Source of the DNA: an uncultured Acidobacteriota bacterium
GTDB lineage: Bacteria; Acidobacteriota; Thermoanaerobaculia; UBA5066; DATFVB01
DNA length: 64,000 bases
NCBI GenBank assembly: GCA_963813155.1
Contig: CAWEYG010000003.1
Span: forward strand, 960,001-1,024,000
Reading direction: 5' to 3'
Part shown: in pieces, positions 1 to 9,782 of the stretch
Layout of the letters: every line of letters starts with the position of its first letter
Numbering within the stretch: the first letter of the stretch is position 1
Position numbers and translations under genes: made by a program
The notes under the pieces: model-generated
Told to the model about the DNA's origin: nothing
Database searches by the model: none
Seen by the model: only the letters and a program-made list of their open reading frames with translations

Positions 1-402
1 GTTGGCGTGAACGCTGTTTCGGCGGGAGCGATGGTCCGTCGTCTGGTCGTGGCAGGTCAGGCAGAACGCCGCGCCGTCGGGACCGCGCATCGGGCGGGCA
101 ACGGGCTTCTCGCCGGACGAGGCGACATGCTCCGCCGTCTCGCCGTGGCACGTCGCGCAGACGGCGTCTCCCGTGATCCCTTTCTTCGCGAGACTCAGAA
201 GATGCCCGTGCGGATTCCGCGCAAAGACTTTCGCTTCGTCGTGGCAGTCGGCGCACGCGACCGTCTCCACTTTCGCCGGGGCCGGAGCTTCGACAGGGGG
301 AGTCGGCTTGTCCGCCGCCTGCTCGGCTGCAAGCAGAGAAAGAGAGGCGGCGCCGAGTCCGAAGACCAGGAACGCCGCCAGGACTCCCCGATTGCTCTTC
401 AT
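1..402 (-). CDS. MtrA/DmsE-family multiheme c-type cytochrome, N-terminal part (runs off the left edge)
   Basis: Not in the ORF track; read by hand from ATG at 402: MKSNRGVLAAFLVFGLGAASLSLAAEQ (signal peptide), then CADCH, CATCH and CLTCH heme motifs and an NPH motif. Lies 31 bp downstream of the MtrC-like gene. Confidence 0.8.
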   Translation of the reverse strand, partial: MKSNRGVLAAFLVFGLGAASLSLLAAEQAADKPTPPVEAPAPAKVETVACADCHDEAKVFARNPHGHLLSLAKKGITGDAVCATCHGETAEHVASSGEKPVARPMRGPDGAAFCLTCHDQTTDHRSRRNSVHAN

Positions 403-433
403 TTCGCCCTCTTCGATCCGACGCGCCTCCGGA

Positions 434-2546
434 CTATCGAGCGTGGACCTTGTCGACCGCGAAGTCGTCGTCGGCCGCGTGGCACGACGCGCAGGACTTC
501 GCCGAAGGGCGCGGTCATCACGAACGCGTGAGCCGCCGCTTCCTGGGTGTCGTGGCAACCCAGGCAGGCCGCCGCCGTCGTCTGCTGGGGCGTGTACCAC
601 TCCTGCGGCGGAGGAGGAGTCTGAACCGCGAGGTTCGTCAGCGGCAGCGGGGGCGTGTACGTTCCCGCCAGGTGGCACTTCTGGCAATCGCGCAGATCAC
701 CGGGAAAACGCACGTCGTTGAAGTTGTTCACGCTTCCGCCGAATCCGTAGATCGTGAAGTCCTTCGTGAGGTTCTCGCCCCGGTGAATGTGATGGATCAG
801 CCGCTGGAACGAGATCGACTCGGGCGAGCCCTTGCCCGCCGGGCGCTGGGAGCCGTCGTTTGCGTTCGGATTGTGGCACGCGACGCACTCTTCGATCACG
901 AAACGCTGGCCGCCATGGAGCGCGAGCCTGTCGTGGCAGACGTTGCATTTCGCGATGTCGACGACGGCGCGGCGGGGAACCGGGCTTGCGTCGGTCACCG
1001 GGAAATAGAAGATGGGATTGGTCGCGCCTTCGGTGACGGACGGATTCTGGTCCGAGTCGCCGACGTTGATCATCACGGTGCGACGGACGTCCATGCTCGC
1101 GAGCCATGTCCCGGAGGCGCTCTGCGGCAGAGCCTCTTTCAGCGTGTACGTGGCGATCGTTCCGTTGAAAGACGCGCCGTCGGCTCGCTCGCGGAACGGG
1201 GACGCGAGGCTGTAGTCGACCGTCGGGCCGCCGACGACGACGTTGACGTTCGAGCCGAGCGTCTTCGGATCGACGACGGTGCCGTCGTTGTTCGTGATCT
1301 TGAACGTGACCGTCGGCGTCTGGCCCGGCTGCGAGTTCGTGACGCTCAGGATCTGGGCGTTCAGCCCCTTGAGCTGAGTCGACTTGAGCGGAATCGTGTG
1401 GGCGCCGATGACGGATGCATCGAACTCGACCCCCTGGGGCTGATGGCACGTTGCGCACTTCGTGTCGTCGAGTTGAATCCCCCCCTTGTGATTCGCGCCG
1501 GTCACGAAATTCAGGTCGTCGTGGCACGAGCCGCACGCGGCGGCCCCGGGATACGTGTAGTAGTTCGGGCCCTGCGTGGCGGAAGCCACGTGGCACTTCG
1601 TGCAATTGCGGACGTCCTGGGGAAACTCGACAGTCGAGAAGTCGTTCACGCTCTGGCCGAACCCGATGATCTGGTACGGAGTGCCGGCCTGGACGCTCGG
1701 CAGGTTCGCGCCGTCGTGGATCTTGTGGATCAGGACCTTGAAGTCGACGGTGTTTCCCGTGTCCGGGTCGACGGTCTGGGGCTGGTGGCAAAGGACGCAG
1801 AGCTTGACGTCCTGGCGCGCTCCGCCGTGAGCCGAGAGCGGATCGTGGCAGCTGTTGCAGGCGGCGTTGTTCGTTTTGTCCCAGACGTCCGTGACGGCGG
1901 CGCTGTCCGGCCGAAAGTCGAATTCGACGTTCGCGTAGTAATTCTTGTCCAGGATCGCGGGGGTGACCAGGTCGCGCGTCGCGTAGATGCCGAGCGTCGT
2001 GGTCTTCGTCCGGTCGAAGCTCGCGGGAAGGGCCGTCTTGAATCGGTAGGTCGCGTGCCCGAGGCCGAGGTCGGTGAAGCCCGCGTTGCCGGCCGCGTCG
2101 GTGCCCGCCTGAATCGCGGTCACTCCCGGATGCGGGCTCGACGTCGGAGTCGTCACGGTTCGCGTCGTGTACGCGGTGTAGTGTCGTGTCGCCGGATCCC
2201 ACCACGCAAGAATGAAGCTCGGGCTGACGGCGCCCGGCGTGACATTTCCGAGGCGATCGAGCGGCTGGCCCTTGTCGTCGGTCAGCGAAAAGTCGACGAC
2301 GGGCCGGAGATCAGCCGGGATCGTGATGCTGTTGACCGTCACGTGGAGGCCGGGCCGTATGTATCCGATCTGGTCCTCGGACATGTAGAGCTCGGCATCG
2401 TTCGGGCTGTAGACCTTTCGCGCGTTGGCGGAGCCGCTCCTTCCGCCGAAAGTCGGGAGGTTGGGGTTCACCACGCCGAGGCGAACCGGAACAGCAATGC
2501 CGGCCGCCGAAACCCCGAGGAAGATGGCCCGTTTGAAAAAATGCAT
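434..2546 (-). CDS. OmcA/MtrC-family decaheme c-type cytochrome (1-nt frameshift near 497)
   Basis: Nine CxxCH motifs in ORF 399..2606 (CNSCH, CVLCH, CTKCH, CGSCH, CATCH, CNVCH, CVACH, CQKCH, CLGCH). Removing one base near 497 restores ESCASCHAADDDFAVDKVHAR* as the tenth. The 5+5 heme layout and HKIH/HHIH motifs fit the family. Confidence 0.88.
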
Positions 2547-2756
2547 GACCAACCTCCAAACCTGCCGCAAGTCTGCGCCGGACCCGCCCGGACAAGCATG
2601 ATGCAATCGAATTAGTTGTTTGGGACCGGAGCGGGTCGCTCTGTCGCATTTATCCTACGCCCGATCTCACGGCTTTTGTTCGGATCGGTCCAGCGTCGGA
2701 CGGCCGTTTTCGCTCAAATCGCTTGAAACAATCGACCTCTCGTCCACCCGGGGTCG

Positions 2757-3893
2757 TCAGGCCCGCAGGCGAGACGGGAAATCGATCACTTTCGCGCCGA
2801 GGAGCCGCTTGATCGACCGGAGAGCGTCCAGCTCCGGGAGGGGCGAGATCCGCACGATATCGGCGATGCTGGATCGCCCGTCCATGCGCGAAACGACGAA
2901 CCCGTCCGCGGGGCTCAGCGACAGGCGCTCCAGCGCTTCGACACCGATCGCGACGACCGGCACGTCGCCCGGATGGATCGACTCGTAGATCTCTTTCTTG
3001 AGCCGATCCCCGGACCGGCCGAGCTCCTCGGACAGCCCCGGCAGATCCGGGCTCACCGCGTGCAGCCCTTCGAGGATTTGAACCGCCTTTCCCCAGTCGC
3101 CCCGCTGTCCCGCCGAGACGGCCTCCGCGAGATTCATCTCGAGCCGCTTCCGGCGGTTCGGCGCGGACGTGACATCGCTCGGCCGGGCGGCGCCGGCCGC
3201 GACGAGATTCCAGATGCTTTCCAGAATCGCGTACCGGCTGAAGGGCAGGCTCTCCATGACTTCTTCGACGTTTCGCTGGCCGTCGAGCAGAGGAAGAGAG
3301 TACCGCCCGATTCCCCGGCCGCCGTCGTTCGTGTCGGCCGGCGGAGGAGCTCCGGTCGGCTCGAAGATCGCGCCGGGGTGAATCCGGGTTCGGAGGGCGT
3401 TCCAGCCGTCGACCCGGCGCGTGCCTTCGAGGGCGATCGCGATGGGATCGATACTGATCGACACGAGCTTCGAAGCGGGAAACGCGACCTGTTCGAAATC
3501 GAACGAGCCCTCGTTCCAGAGGAAGATGTCGCAAACGATGTCGAAGGTCTTGTAGGTCAGAGTCGCGACCGCCAGTTCGCTCGTGATCTTCTCCACCATG
3601 ACGAGGATCGCGCCGACCATGATCCCCGTTTCCCGCTGGATCATCAGGGCCTTGTCGACGTCTTCCTCCGTGCAATGGCCGAGCCGAACCAGATATTTCC
3701 CGTAGTAGTCGCGCGGGTCGTTGGAAGCGCACGCGATGATCCGCCCGTCCTGGAGAAAAATCCTGCGCTCGGCGTTCTGGCTCGGATTTCGAGCGGTGAT
3801 GACCCCCGACCGGCGGGCAGTTCGCGCCCATTGAATCAGGTCGGCCATCGACATGCTCGAAAAGCTGCCGGAAAGCGATACGGCGCCGCTCAT
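2757..3893 (-). CDS. DUF4388 (PatA-N-like) domain protein
   Basis: Starts MSGAVSLSGSFSSMSMADLIQWART..SGVI..IFLQDGRI and contains WNEGSFDF. Start overlaps the pxpA stop. Confidence 0.8.
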   Translation of the reverse strand: MSGAVSLSGSFSSMSMADLIQWARTARRSGVITARNPSQNAERRIFLQDGRIIACASNDPRDYYGKYLVRLGHCTEEDVDKALMIQRETGIMVGAILVMVEKITSELAVATLTYKTFDIVCDIFLWNEGSFDFEQVAFPASKLVSISIDPIAIALEGTRRVDGWNALRTRIHPGAIFEPTGAPPPADTNDGGRGIGRYSLPLLDGQRNVEEVMESLPFSRYAILESIWNLVAAGAARPSDVTSAPNRRKRLEMNLAEAVSAGQRGDWGKAVQILEGLHAVSPDLPGLSEELGRSGDRLKKEIYESIHPGDVPVVAIGVEALERLSLSPADGFVVSRMDGRSSIADIVRISPLPELDALRSIKRLLGAKVIDFPSRLRA

Positions 3894-4645
3894 TTTCCGA
3901 GGCGTGCCAGCGGGCGAATTTCGATTCCCGCTTCCTGAAGCCGGGCCCGGATCGCCTTCGCGAACGACGCAGCGCCCGGAGTGTCGCCGTGCAGGCAGAT
4001 CGTCTGAACCCTGACGGAGAGACGCGCGCCGTTCGAAGCCCGTACGGACTCGTCGGCCACGAGAGAAAGCGCCTGCGCGGCCGCCTTTTCGGCCGAATCG
4101 AACACGGCGCCTTCGACTCCCCGGGAAGCGAGCGTCCCGTCTTCCAGGTAGAGCCGGTCGGCAAAACCCTCCCCCGCGACGCGCAACCCCATTCGGCGAG
4201 CCTCGTCGAGGAGAGGCGATCCCGCCTGGCCGACGACGATCCACGCCGGCTGCCGGCGCGCGACTGTCTCGAGGAAGCAGCGCGCGATGTCGCTCCGGCG
4301 ATTGGCCCCGTGGTAGAGCGCTCCGTGCGGCTTGATGTGCGAAAGAACGGCCCCCGTGTCCGAAGCCGCTTCGAGAAGCGAGTCGATCTGTTCGGAGATC
4401 GTCGCGGAGAGCTCTGCAAGCGTCAGCGGCATCTCCCGGCGGCCGAAGTTCTTCCGGTCGGGGAAACCGGGGTGGGCGCCGCACGCGACTCCGAGGCGCC
4501 TGGCCGCGGACAGGGTCGATCGCATCGTCTCCGGGCTGCCGGCATGCGCGCCACAGGCGACGTTGCACGACGTGAGAAAGGGAAGGAGCGCCTCGTCGTC
4601 GAACCCCTCCCCCAGGTCCGCGTTCAGATCGACTTCCCTTCTCAT
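3890..4645 (-). CDS. pxpA: 5-oxoprolinase subunit A (LamB/YcsF)
   Basis: DLNADLGEG, NVACGAHAG, HIKPHGALY and ICLHGD motifs. Confidence 0.93.
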   Translation of the reverse strand: MRREVDLNADLGEGFDDEALLPFLTSCNVACGAHAGSPETMRSTLSAARRLGVACGAHPGFPDRKNFGRREMPLTLAELSATISEQIDSLLEAASDTGAVLSHIKPHGALYHGANRRSDIARCFLETVARRQPAWIVVGQAGSPLLDEARRMGLRVAGEGFADRLYLEDGTLASRGVEGAVFDSAEKAAAQALSLVADESVRASNGARLSVRVQTICLHGDTPGAASFAKAIRARLQEAGIEIRPLARLGK

Positions 4646-5592
4646 TCGGCGCTTCCTTCCAGGATCATTTCCCGTTCGCGCCGCGCCCGCAAGGCTTCCT
4701 CGAGCGTGACTTCCCGGAAGCGGACGACGCCGCCCGGCCGGAGCTGGCCGGCGATTCCCAGATCGGCGGAAATGACCCCGGCAATTCTCGCATAGCCGCC
4801 CGTGACAGGCCCTTCCGGCATGTGCACGATGGGCTCGCCTCCGGGAGGAACCTGAACGGCTCCAGCGACCGATCCCTCGGGAGCCATCTCCGGAAGCGCG
4901 TCCGATCCCCCGGCGACCGCTTCGACCGCCGCCGAAAGCCGCTCTCCCTCGAGGCGCAGGCCCATGCGGTTCGAGCGCGACGAAACCCGAAACTCCGCCT
5001 CGAAAAAGCGGCGGACCGCTTCCGGAGGAAAGCTCTCCCGCTGGGGCCCCGAAATCACCCGCAGCTCGGCCGGGGAGGTCGGGAGCGAGAACGACTCCAA
5101 ACCGCGCGGCCTCGCCGCCGGCCCCTCCAGGACGGCGATCGCGTCGTCTTTCTCGAGCCTGCGTCCCTTCCATCCGCCGAACCCGGCCGATAGGTGCGTC
5201 GATCGGCTGCCCAGGACCTCCGGGACATCGACGCCTCCCGCGAGCGCGAGGTAGGTTCGAAAGCCGGCTCGGGCAGCGCCGAACTCGAGAACGTCTCCCG
5301 CGGCAAGCTGCCCGGAAGAGGCCGGATCGAACACCGAACCGTTCCGGAGAACCGGCATGTCCGCTCCCGCGACGGCGATTCGGATTTCCTTCACGACCTC
5401 GAAGCGGGCTCCCGAGGCGGTCATCTCCAGAAGCGCGGCCCCTTCCGGGTTGCCGGCCCGGGCGTTCGCGAGGCGCGCCGAGTAAGGGTCCGCCGCGCCG
5501 GACGGAGCGATTCCCCACCGCCGGCAACGGGGCCTCCCGAGGTCCTGGACGGTCGTCAGCAGTCCCGCGTGGAGCACGCGAAGCGCGATCAC
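4642..5592 (-). CDS. pxpC: 5-oxoprolinase subunit C (KipA/AHS2-like)
   Basis: GLLTTVQDLGR, SNRMGLRL, GAVQVPPGG and TGGY motifs; GTG start overlaps the pxpB stop. Confidence 0.9.
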   Translation of the reverse strand: MIALRVLHAGLLTTVQDLGRPRCRRWGIAPSGAADPYSARLANARAGNPEGAALLEMTASGARFEVVKEIRIAVAGADMPVLRNGSVFDPASSGQLAAGDVLEFGAARAGFRTYLALAGGVDVPEVLGSRSTHLSAGFGGWKGRRLEKDDAIAVLEGPAARPRGLESFSLPTSPAELRVISGPQRESFPPEAVRRFFEAEFRVSSRSNRMGLRLEGERLSAAVEAVAGGSDALPEMAPEGSVAGAVQVPPGGEPIVHMPEGPVTGGYARIAGVISADLGIAGQLRPGGVVRFREVTLEEALRARREREMILEGSAE

Positions 5593-6317
5593 GGCCAGGC
5601 TCCGCCGTCCGCGAGCGCTCCGAATCGCCATTCCTCGATCGGAACGAACTTCACGCGGTCTCCGGCCCAGAGCCGCACCGGCGGATTTCGCGACGGCTCG
5701 AAAAGCGGCAGCGGAGTGCGGCCGATCAACCGCCAGCCCCCGGGCGTCGTCGAGGGGTAAATCCCGGTGTACGAGCCGCCGATCGCGACCGAGCCCCACG
5801 GAACGGACAGGCGAGGAGTCTCGAGACGGGGAGACGCGAGCGACTCCGGCAGGCCCGTCAGGTAAGCGAATCCGGGAGTGAAGCCGAGGAACGCGACCCG
5901 GTATTCCGCCGCGGAATGAACCTGCGCAAAATCTCCGGCGCCCATTCCCCTTGCCGCCGCGACTTCCTCGAGGTCGATCCCGGCGTTGGACCCGTAGCAG
6001 ACCGGAATCTCGTGCAGCCGCGGAGCGGGAAGCGCCGCGAAGTCGTTCTCCCAGAACCGCGCCAGGCGCAGGGCGGAGGACCGGTCGAACCGGAGCGGGT
6101 CGAAAACGACGAGCACGCTCCGGGCGCCGACGACGCACTCTTCGAAGCCGGGGAGCGGCGTCCGGTCGAGCCGTTCCGCGATCGATCTCGCCTTCCGGTT
6201 GGCGTCGAGGTCGGATGCGGCGGGCCAATCGAGGAGCAGCGCCCCGTCGCCGAGCGGGCGCGTTCGGCGTCCGTCCCGCGACGGCTCGGTGCTGGATTCG
6301 TCTTCGGACTTGCGCAT
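5589..6317 (-). CDS. pxpB: 5-oxoprolinase subunit B (KipI/AHS1-like)
   Basis: PLGDGALL, EIPVCYG, GFTPGFAYL and TPGGWRLIGRT motifs. Confidence 0.92.
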   Translation of the reverse strand: MRKSEDESSTEPSRDGRRTRPLGDGALLLDWPAASDLDANRKARSIAERLDRTPLPGFEECVVGARSVLVVFDPLRFDRSSALRLARFWENDFAALPAPRLHEIPVCYGSNAGIDLEEVAAARGMGAGDFAQVHSAAEYRVAFLGFTPGFAYLTGLPESLASPRLETPRLSVPWGSVAIGGSYTGIYPSTTPGGWRLIGRTPLPLFEPSRNPPVRLWAGDRVKFVPIEEWRFGALADGGAWP

Positions 6318-6363
6318 CTCGGGAAACCGGGACGCGAGTCTAGCAGGCCCTTCTGTCGGTGAT

Positions 6364-6906
6364 CTATCCGTGAGGAGGCGGGGGCGGAGGCGGGGACTCG
6401 AGCATCGGCGCGGGCCCCTCGGGAACGTTCGTCGGAGCCGGGCCCTCCGGGACGTTCGTCGGGGCGGGACCTTCGTACACCTTGCCCGAAGGAGGAAACG
6501 CGAACGTCCTGCCGACCCGGTAGTCGTTTGGCGACGCCGGATACGGTTCCCCGACTCCGGGTCGATAGGGGCTCTGTTTCAACAGCTCATCGGGTTTTCG
6601 ACGGCGCGCCGCGTGAAGTTGCTCCGCGACGACTTTCTGGTTCCGGGCAGCGGCGGCCGGAGAGGTCGGACCGAGCACGACGGCATCGCCCGGTTTTCCG
6701 GGCATCGCCGCCTGCCGAATCCGCGCGACGTCCGAAACCCGGATGCTCATCAAGGTTCCGTCCGCGGTCCGGAAGACGTACCGTCCGGATCGCTCGCCAG
6801 GCTTCGCCGCCGACCAGTACGTCACTCCCCCCTTCAGGTCGATTCGATAGGAAGCAGGAGAGGCGGGGAGGAGAAGGATCGCGATCAGACCCAGCATCGC
6901 CTTCAT
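6364..6906 (-). CDS. Hypothetical secreted protein with Pro-rich repeat tail
   Basis: Signal peptide MKAMLGLIAILLLPASPA; C-terminal EGPAPTNVP repeats and a poly-Pro run. Confidence 0.7.
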   Translation of the reverse strand: MKAMLGLIAILLLPASPASYRIDLKGGVTYWSAAKPGERSGRYVFRTADGTLMSIRVSDVARIRQAAMPGKPGDAVVLGPTSPAAAARNQKVVAEQLHAARRRKPDELLKQSPYRPGVGEPYPASPNDYRVGRTFAFPPSGKVYEGPAPTNVPEGPAPTNVPEGPAPMLESPPPPPPPHG

Positions 6907-6965
6907 GAAGTTTCCAACTCCTTGCCGGAGAAAGAAATTCCCCCGGGACGCCATAGAATGCCGCG

Positions 6966-9149
6966 GTGCCGCCGAAATCTTCTCTCCGGGCTTCCGCCTC
7001 GCCGGCGGGCCTGGGCCATACCAAGCCGAAACACTTCCGGGAAATGGCCCGGGTTGCCTGGGAAAACAGGGACCAGCTTCCCTACGCGTGGAGAATCCTC
7101 CGCCAGGGCACCTGCGACGGCTGCGCGCTCGGCACGTCCGGGATGACGGACTGGACGATTCCCGGAACGCACCTCTGCATGGTCCGGCTGGAGCTGATGC
7201 GAATCAACACGGCTCCCGCCCTCGACCCGAAGGTCCTTCGCGACGTCGGCCGGCTTTCCGCCCTCACCTCCCGCGAGCTGCGCGAGCTGGGCCGCCTGCC
7301 GAGCCCGATGATCCGGCGCGCGGGAGAACCGGGGTTTCGGGAGATCTCGTGGGAGGAGGCCTTCGACGCGGCGGCGGAGAAGATCCGAGCCGCCGACCCG
7401 GGGCGATTTGCCGTCTACCTGACCTCGCGCGGAATCCTGAACGAGCACTATTACGCCGCCCAGAAGGCCGCGCGGTTCCTCGGCACGAATCACGTCGACA
7501 ACTCTGCCCGGCTATGCCACGCGGCCTCGACCGCCGCGATGAAGAAGACGGTCGGGCACGGCGCGACGACGTGCAGCTATTCCGACTGGCTCGGGACCGA
7601 CCTCATCGTCTTCTTCGGAGCCAACGCGGCGAACAACCAGCCCGTGACGATGAAATACCTCGTCGAGGCGCGCCGCCGGGGGGCTCGCGTCGCGGTCGTC
7701 AATCCCTATCGGGAACCGGGACTGGATCGCTACTGGGTCCCCTCGGTTCCCGAGTCGGCGCTGTTCGGCACGAAGATGACCGACGAATGGTTTCCCGTCC
7801 ACACGGGCGGGGACCTGGCCTTCCTGCTGGGAGTCTTCCGGATCCTGTGCGAAGAGGAGTGGATCGACCGGGCATTCATCGAGAAGTCCACTACCGGCTT
7901 CGACGAGGCGCGCGCCGCCGCGCTCCGCGCGCCGTGGGACGCTCTCGAATCGGGCTCGGGAGCGACGCCCGCGGAGATGCGCCGATTCGCGGAAATGCTC
8001 CGCGACGCCCCAAACGCCGTGTTCGTCTGGTCGATGGGCCTGACCCAGCACGTGCACGGAACGCAGACGGTCGAAGCCCTCGTCAACGTCGGTCTCGCCC
8101 GCCACTACGTCGGCCGCGAGAACAACGGCCTCATGCCGATCCGCGGGCACTCCGGCGTGCAGGGAGGCGCCGAGGTCGGCTGCGTGCCGAACCTCGAGCC
8201 CGCGACCCGGGAGCGGTTCCGGCGCTCCTGGGGGTTCGAGCTGCCCGACTCGAAGGGATACTCGGCCGCGGAGCAGGTCGAAGCCGCGGCTCGCGGCGAC
8301 ATCGACGTCTTCTGGATCGTCGGCGGAAATTTTCTGGAGACGCTTCCCGACCCGGCCCGGACGCGAACAGCCCTCGAACGCGCGGGGACGCGTATCCACC
8401 ACGACGTCGTCCTCTCCCCGCAGATGCTCGTTCCCGCGCGGGAGACCGTTCTTCTCTTCCCCGCCACGACGCGGTACGAGTCGCCGGGCGGAGGGACCGA
8501 GACCTCGACCGAACGCCGGATCATTTTCTCGCCGGAAGTCGCGGGGCGGAGGATCGGCGGCGCGAAGCCGGAGTGGGAGGTCTTCGGCGAGGTTGCGCGG
8601 CGAGCTCGCCCCGGCGACGCGAACCTTCTTCGCATCGATTCGTCGGAGCAGCTTCGCGAGGAGATCTCGGCGGCTGTCCCTCTCTACGCGGGAATCGAAC
8701 GCCTGCGGCGAGCGGGAGACCAGTTCCAGTGGGGCGGTTCGCGGCTTTTTTCCGACGGGGTGTTCGCGACCTCCGACGGGAAGGCGAGATTCTCCGCTCT
8801 CGCCGTTCCCGCTCGCGAGCCCCGCCGCCCCTTCCGGCTCTCCACCCGGCGGGGAAAGCAGTTCAATTCGATGGTCCAGCGCGAAGTCGACCCCTTGAAT
8901 GGAGCCAAACGAAGCGACGTTCTGATCTGTCCCTCCGACGCGGCGTCGCTCGGGGTCCGCGAAGGCGAAGGCGTTCGCCTCGTCTCCGACACCGGCAACC
9001 TTCGGGCGACCGTCAAGATCGCCCCGATCAAGGACGGCAACCTCCAGGTCCACTGGCCCGAAGGGCTCGTCCTGCTGCCCGCGGATCGCATCGACCCCGA
9101 GTCTCTCGAGCCCGACTACAACACGACGGTCACCGTCGAAAAGGTGTGA
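6966..9149 (+). CDS. FdhF/YdeP-family molybdopterin oxidoreductase
   Basis: CDGCALG, NHVDNSARLCH, PIRGHSGVQG and STRRGKQFNS motifs. Confidence 0.9.
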   Translation: MPPKSSLRASASPAGLGHTKPKHFREMARVAWENRDQLPYAWRILRQGTCDGCALGTSGMTDWTIPGTHLCMVRLELMRINTAPALDPKVLRDVGRLSALTSRELRELGRLPSPMIRRAGEPGFREISWEEAFDAAAEKIRAADPGRFAVYLTSRGILNEHYYAAQKAARFLGTNHVDNSARLCHAASTAAMKKTVGHGATTCSYSDWLGTDLIVFFGANAANNQPVTMKYLVEARRRGARVAVVNPYREPGLDRYWVPSVPESALFGTKMTDEWFPVHTGGDLAFLLGVFRILCEEEWIDRAFIEKSTTGFDEARAAALRAPWDALESGSGATPAEMRRFAEMLRDAPNAVFVWSMGLTQHVHGTQTVEALVNVGLARHYVGRENNGLMPIRGHSGVQGGAEVGCVPNLEPATRERFRRSWGFELPDSKGYSAAEQVEAAARGDIDVFWIVGGNFLETLPDPARTRTALERAGTRIHHDVVLSPQMLVPARETVLLFPATTRYESPGGGTETSTERRIIFSPEVAGRRIGGAKPEWEVFGEVARRARPGDANLLRIDSSEQLREEISAAVPLYAGIERLRRAGDQFQWGGSRLFSDGVFATSDGKARFSALAVPAREPRRPFRLSTRRGKQFNSMVQREVDPLNGAKRSDVLICPSDAASLGVREGEGVRLVSDTGNLRATVKIAPIKDGNLQVHWPEGLVLLPADRIDPESLEPDYNTTVTVEKV

Positions 9150-9174
9150 TGTACGATTCCAAAGGAGGAAGCGC

Positions 9175-9765
9175 ATGAGATTCATTCTCGGAGTCATCGT
9201 CGGCATCGGCGGTTTTCTCGCGGTCGGATACTTCGCCGCGACGAGCGGGCGCATCAGCGTCGCCGCGACGAACCACGGGGGAATCAACGACGCGATCGAT
9301 CACTGGCTCGGCGAGGTTTCCGATCGGTCGATCGAGAAGCACGCCCCGCAGAAGACCAATCCCTTCGCGAACGATCCCGCCGCGCTTGCCGTGGGCCTGT
9401 CTCACTACAAGGAAAACTGCCTCGATTGTCACGGGGCCCGGTCCCTCGACGGCGCGGAGTTCTCGAAGGGCCTCAACCCCGCTCCTCCGATGCTCGACAT
9501 GAAGGGGACCCAGAAGATGAGCGATGGCCAGCTGTTCTGGATCGTCTCGAACGGCATCCGGATGACGGGCATGCCGGCATTTTCCCCCACGCATTCCGAG
9601 GCCGAGATCTGGAAGATCGTGGCCTTCGTCCACCACCTCCCGCAATTGACCGACGCCGAGGTCGCGAAGCTCAAGCAGGGACGGGAAGAGCCGGAAGAAC
9701 ACCACAAGGAGGCGGGCGGCGCTGCCGGCGAAAACATCCATCCCGAGGGCGCGGCGCACTCCTAG
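9175..9765 (+). CDS. Membrane-anchored monoheme cytochrome c
   Basis: N-terminal hydrophobic helix, CLDCHG, and GQLFWIVSNGIRMTGMPAF. Confidence 0.88.
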   Translation: MRFILGVIVGIGGFLAVGYFAATSGRISVAATNHGGINDAIDHWLGEVSDRSIEKHAPQKTNPFANDPAALAVGLSHYKENCLDCHGARSLDGAEFSKGLNPAPPMLDMKGTQKMSDGQLFWIVSNGIRMTGMPAFSPTHSEAEIWKIVAFVHHLPQLTDAEVAKLKQGREEPEEHHKEAGGAAGENIHPEGAAHS

Positions 9766-9782
9766 CCCGTCGCGCGCACCCG

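Noticed and set aside
450-2615. Long antisense ORFs (also 20431..22638, 56756..59968, 30101..32368)
   Set aside because: Shadow frames of real genes in high-GC DNA, with Arg-rich composition and no motifs.
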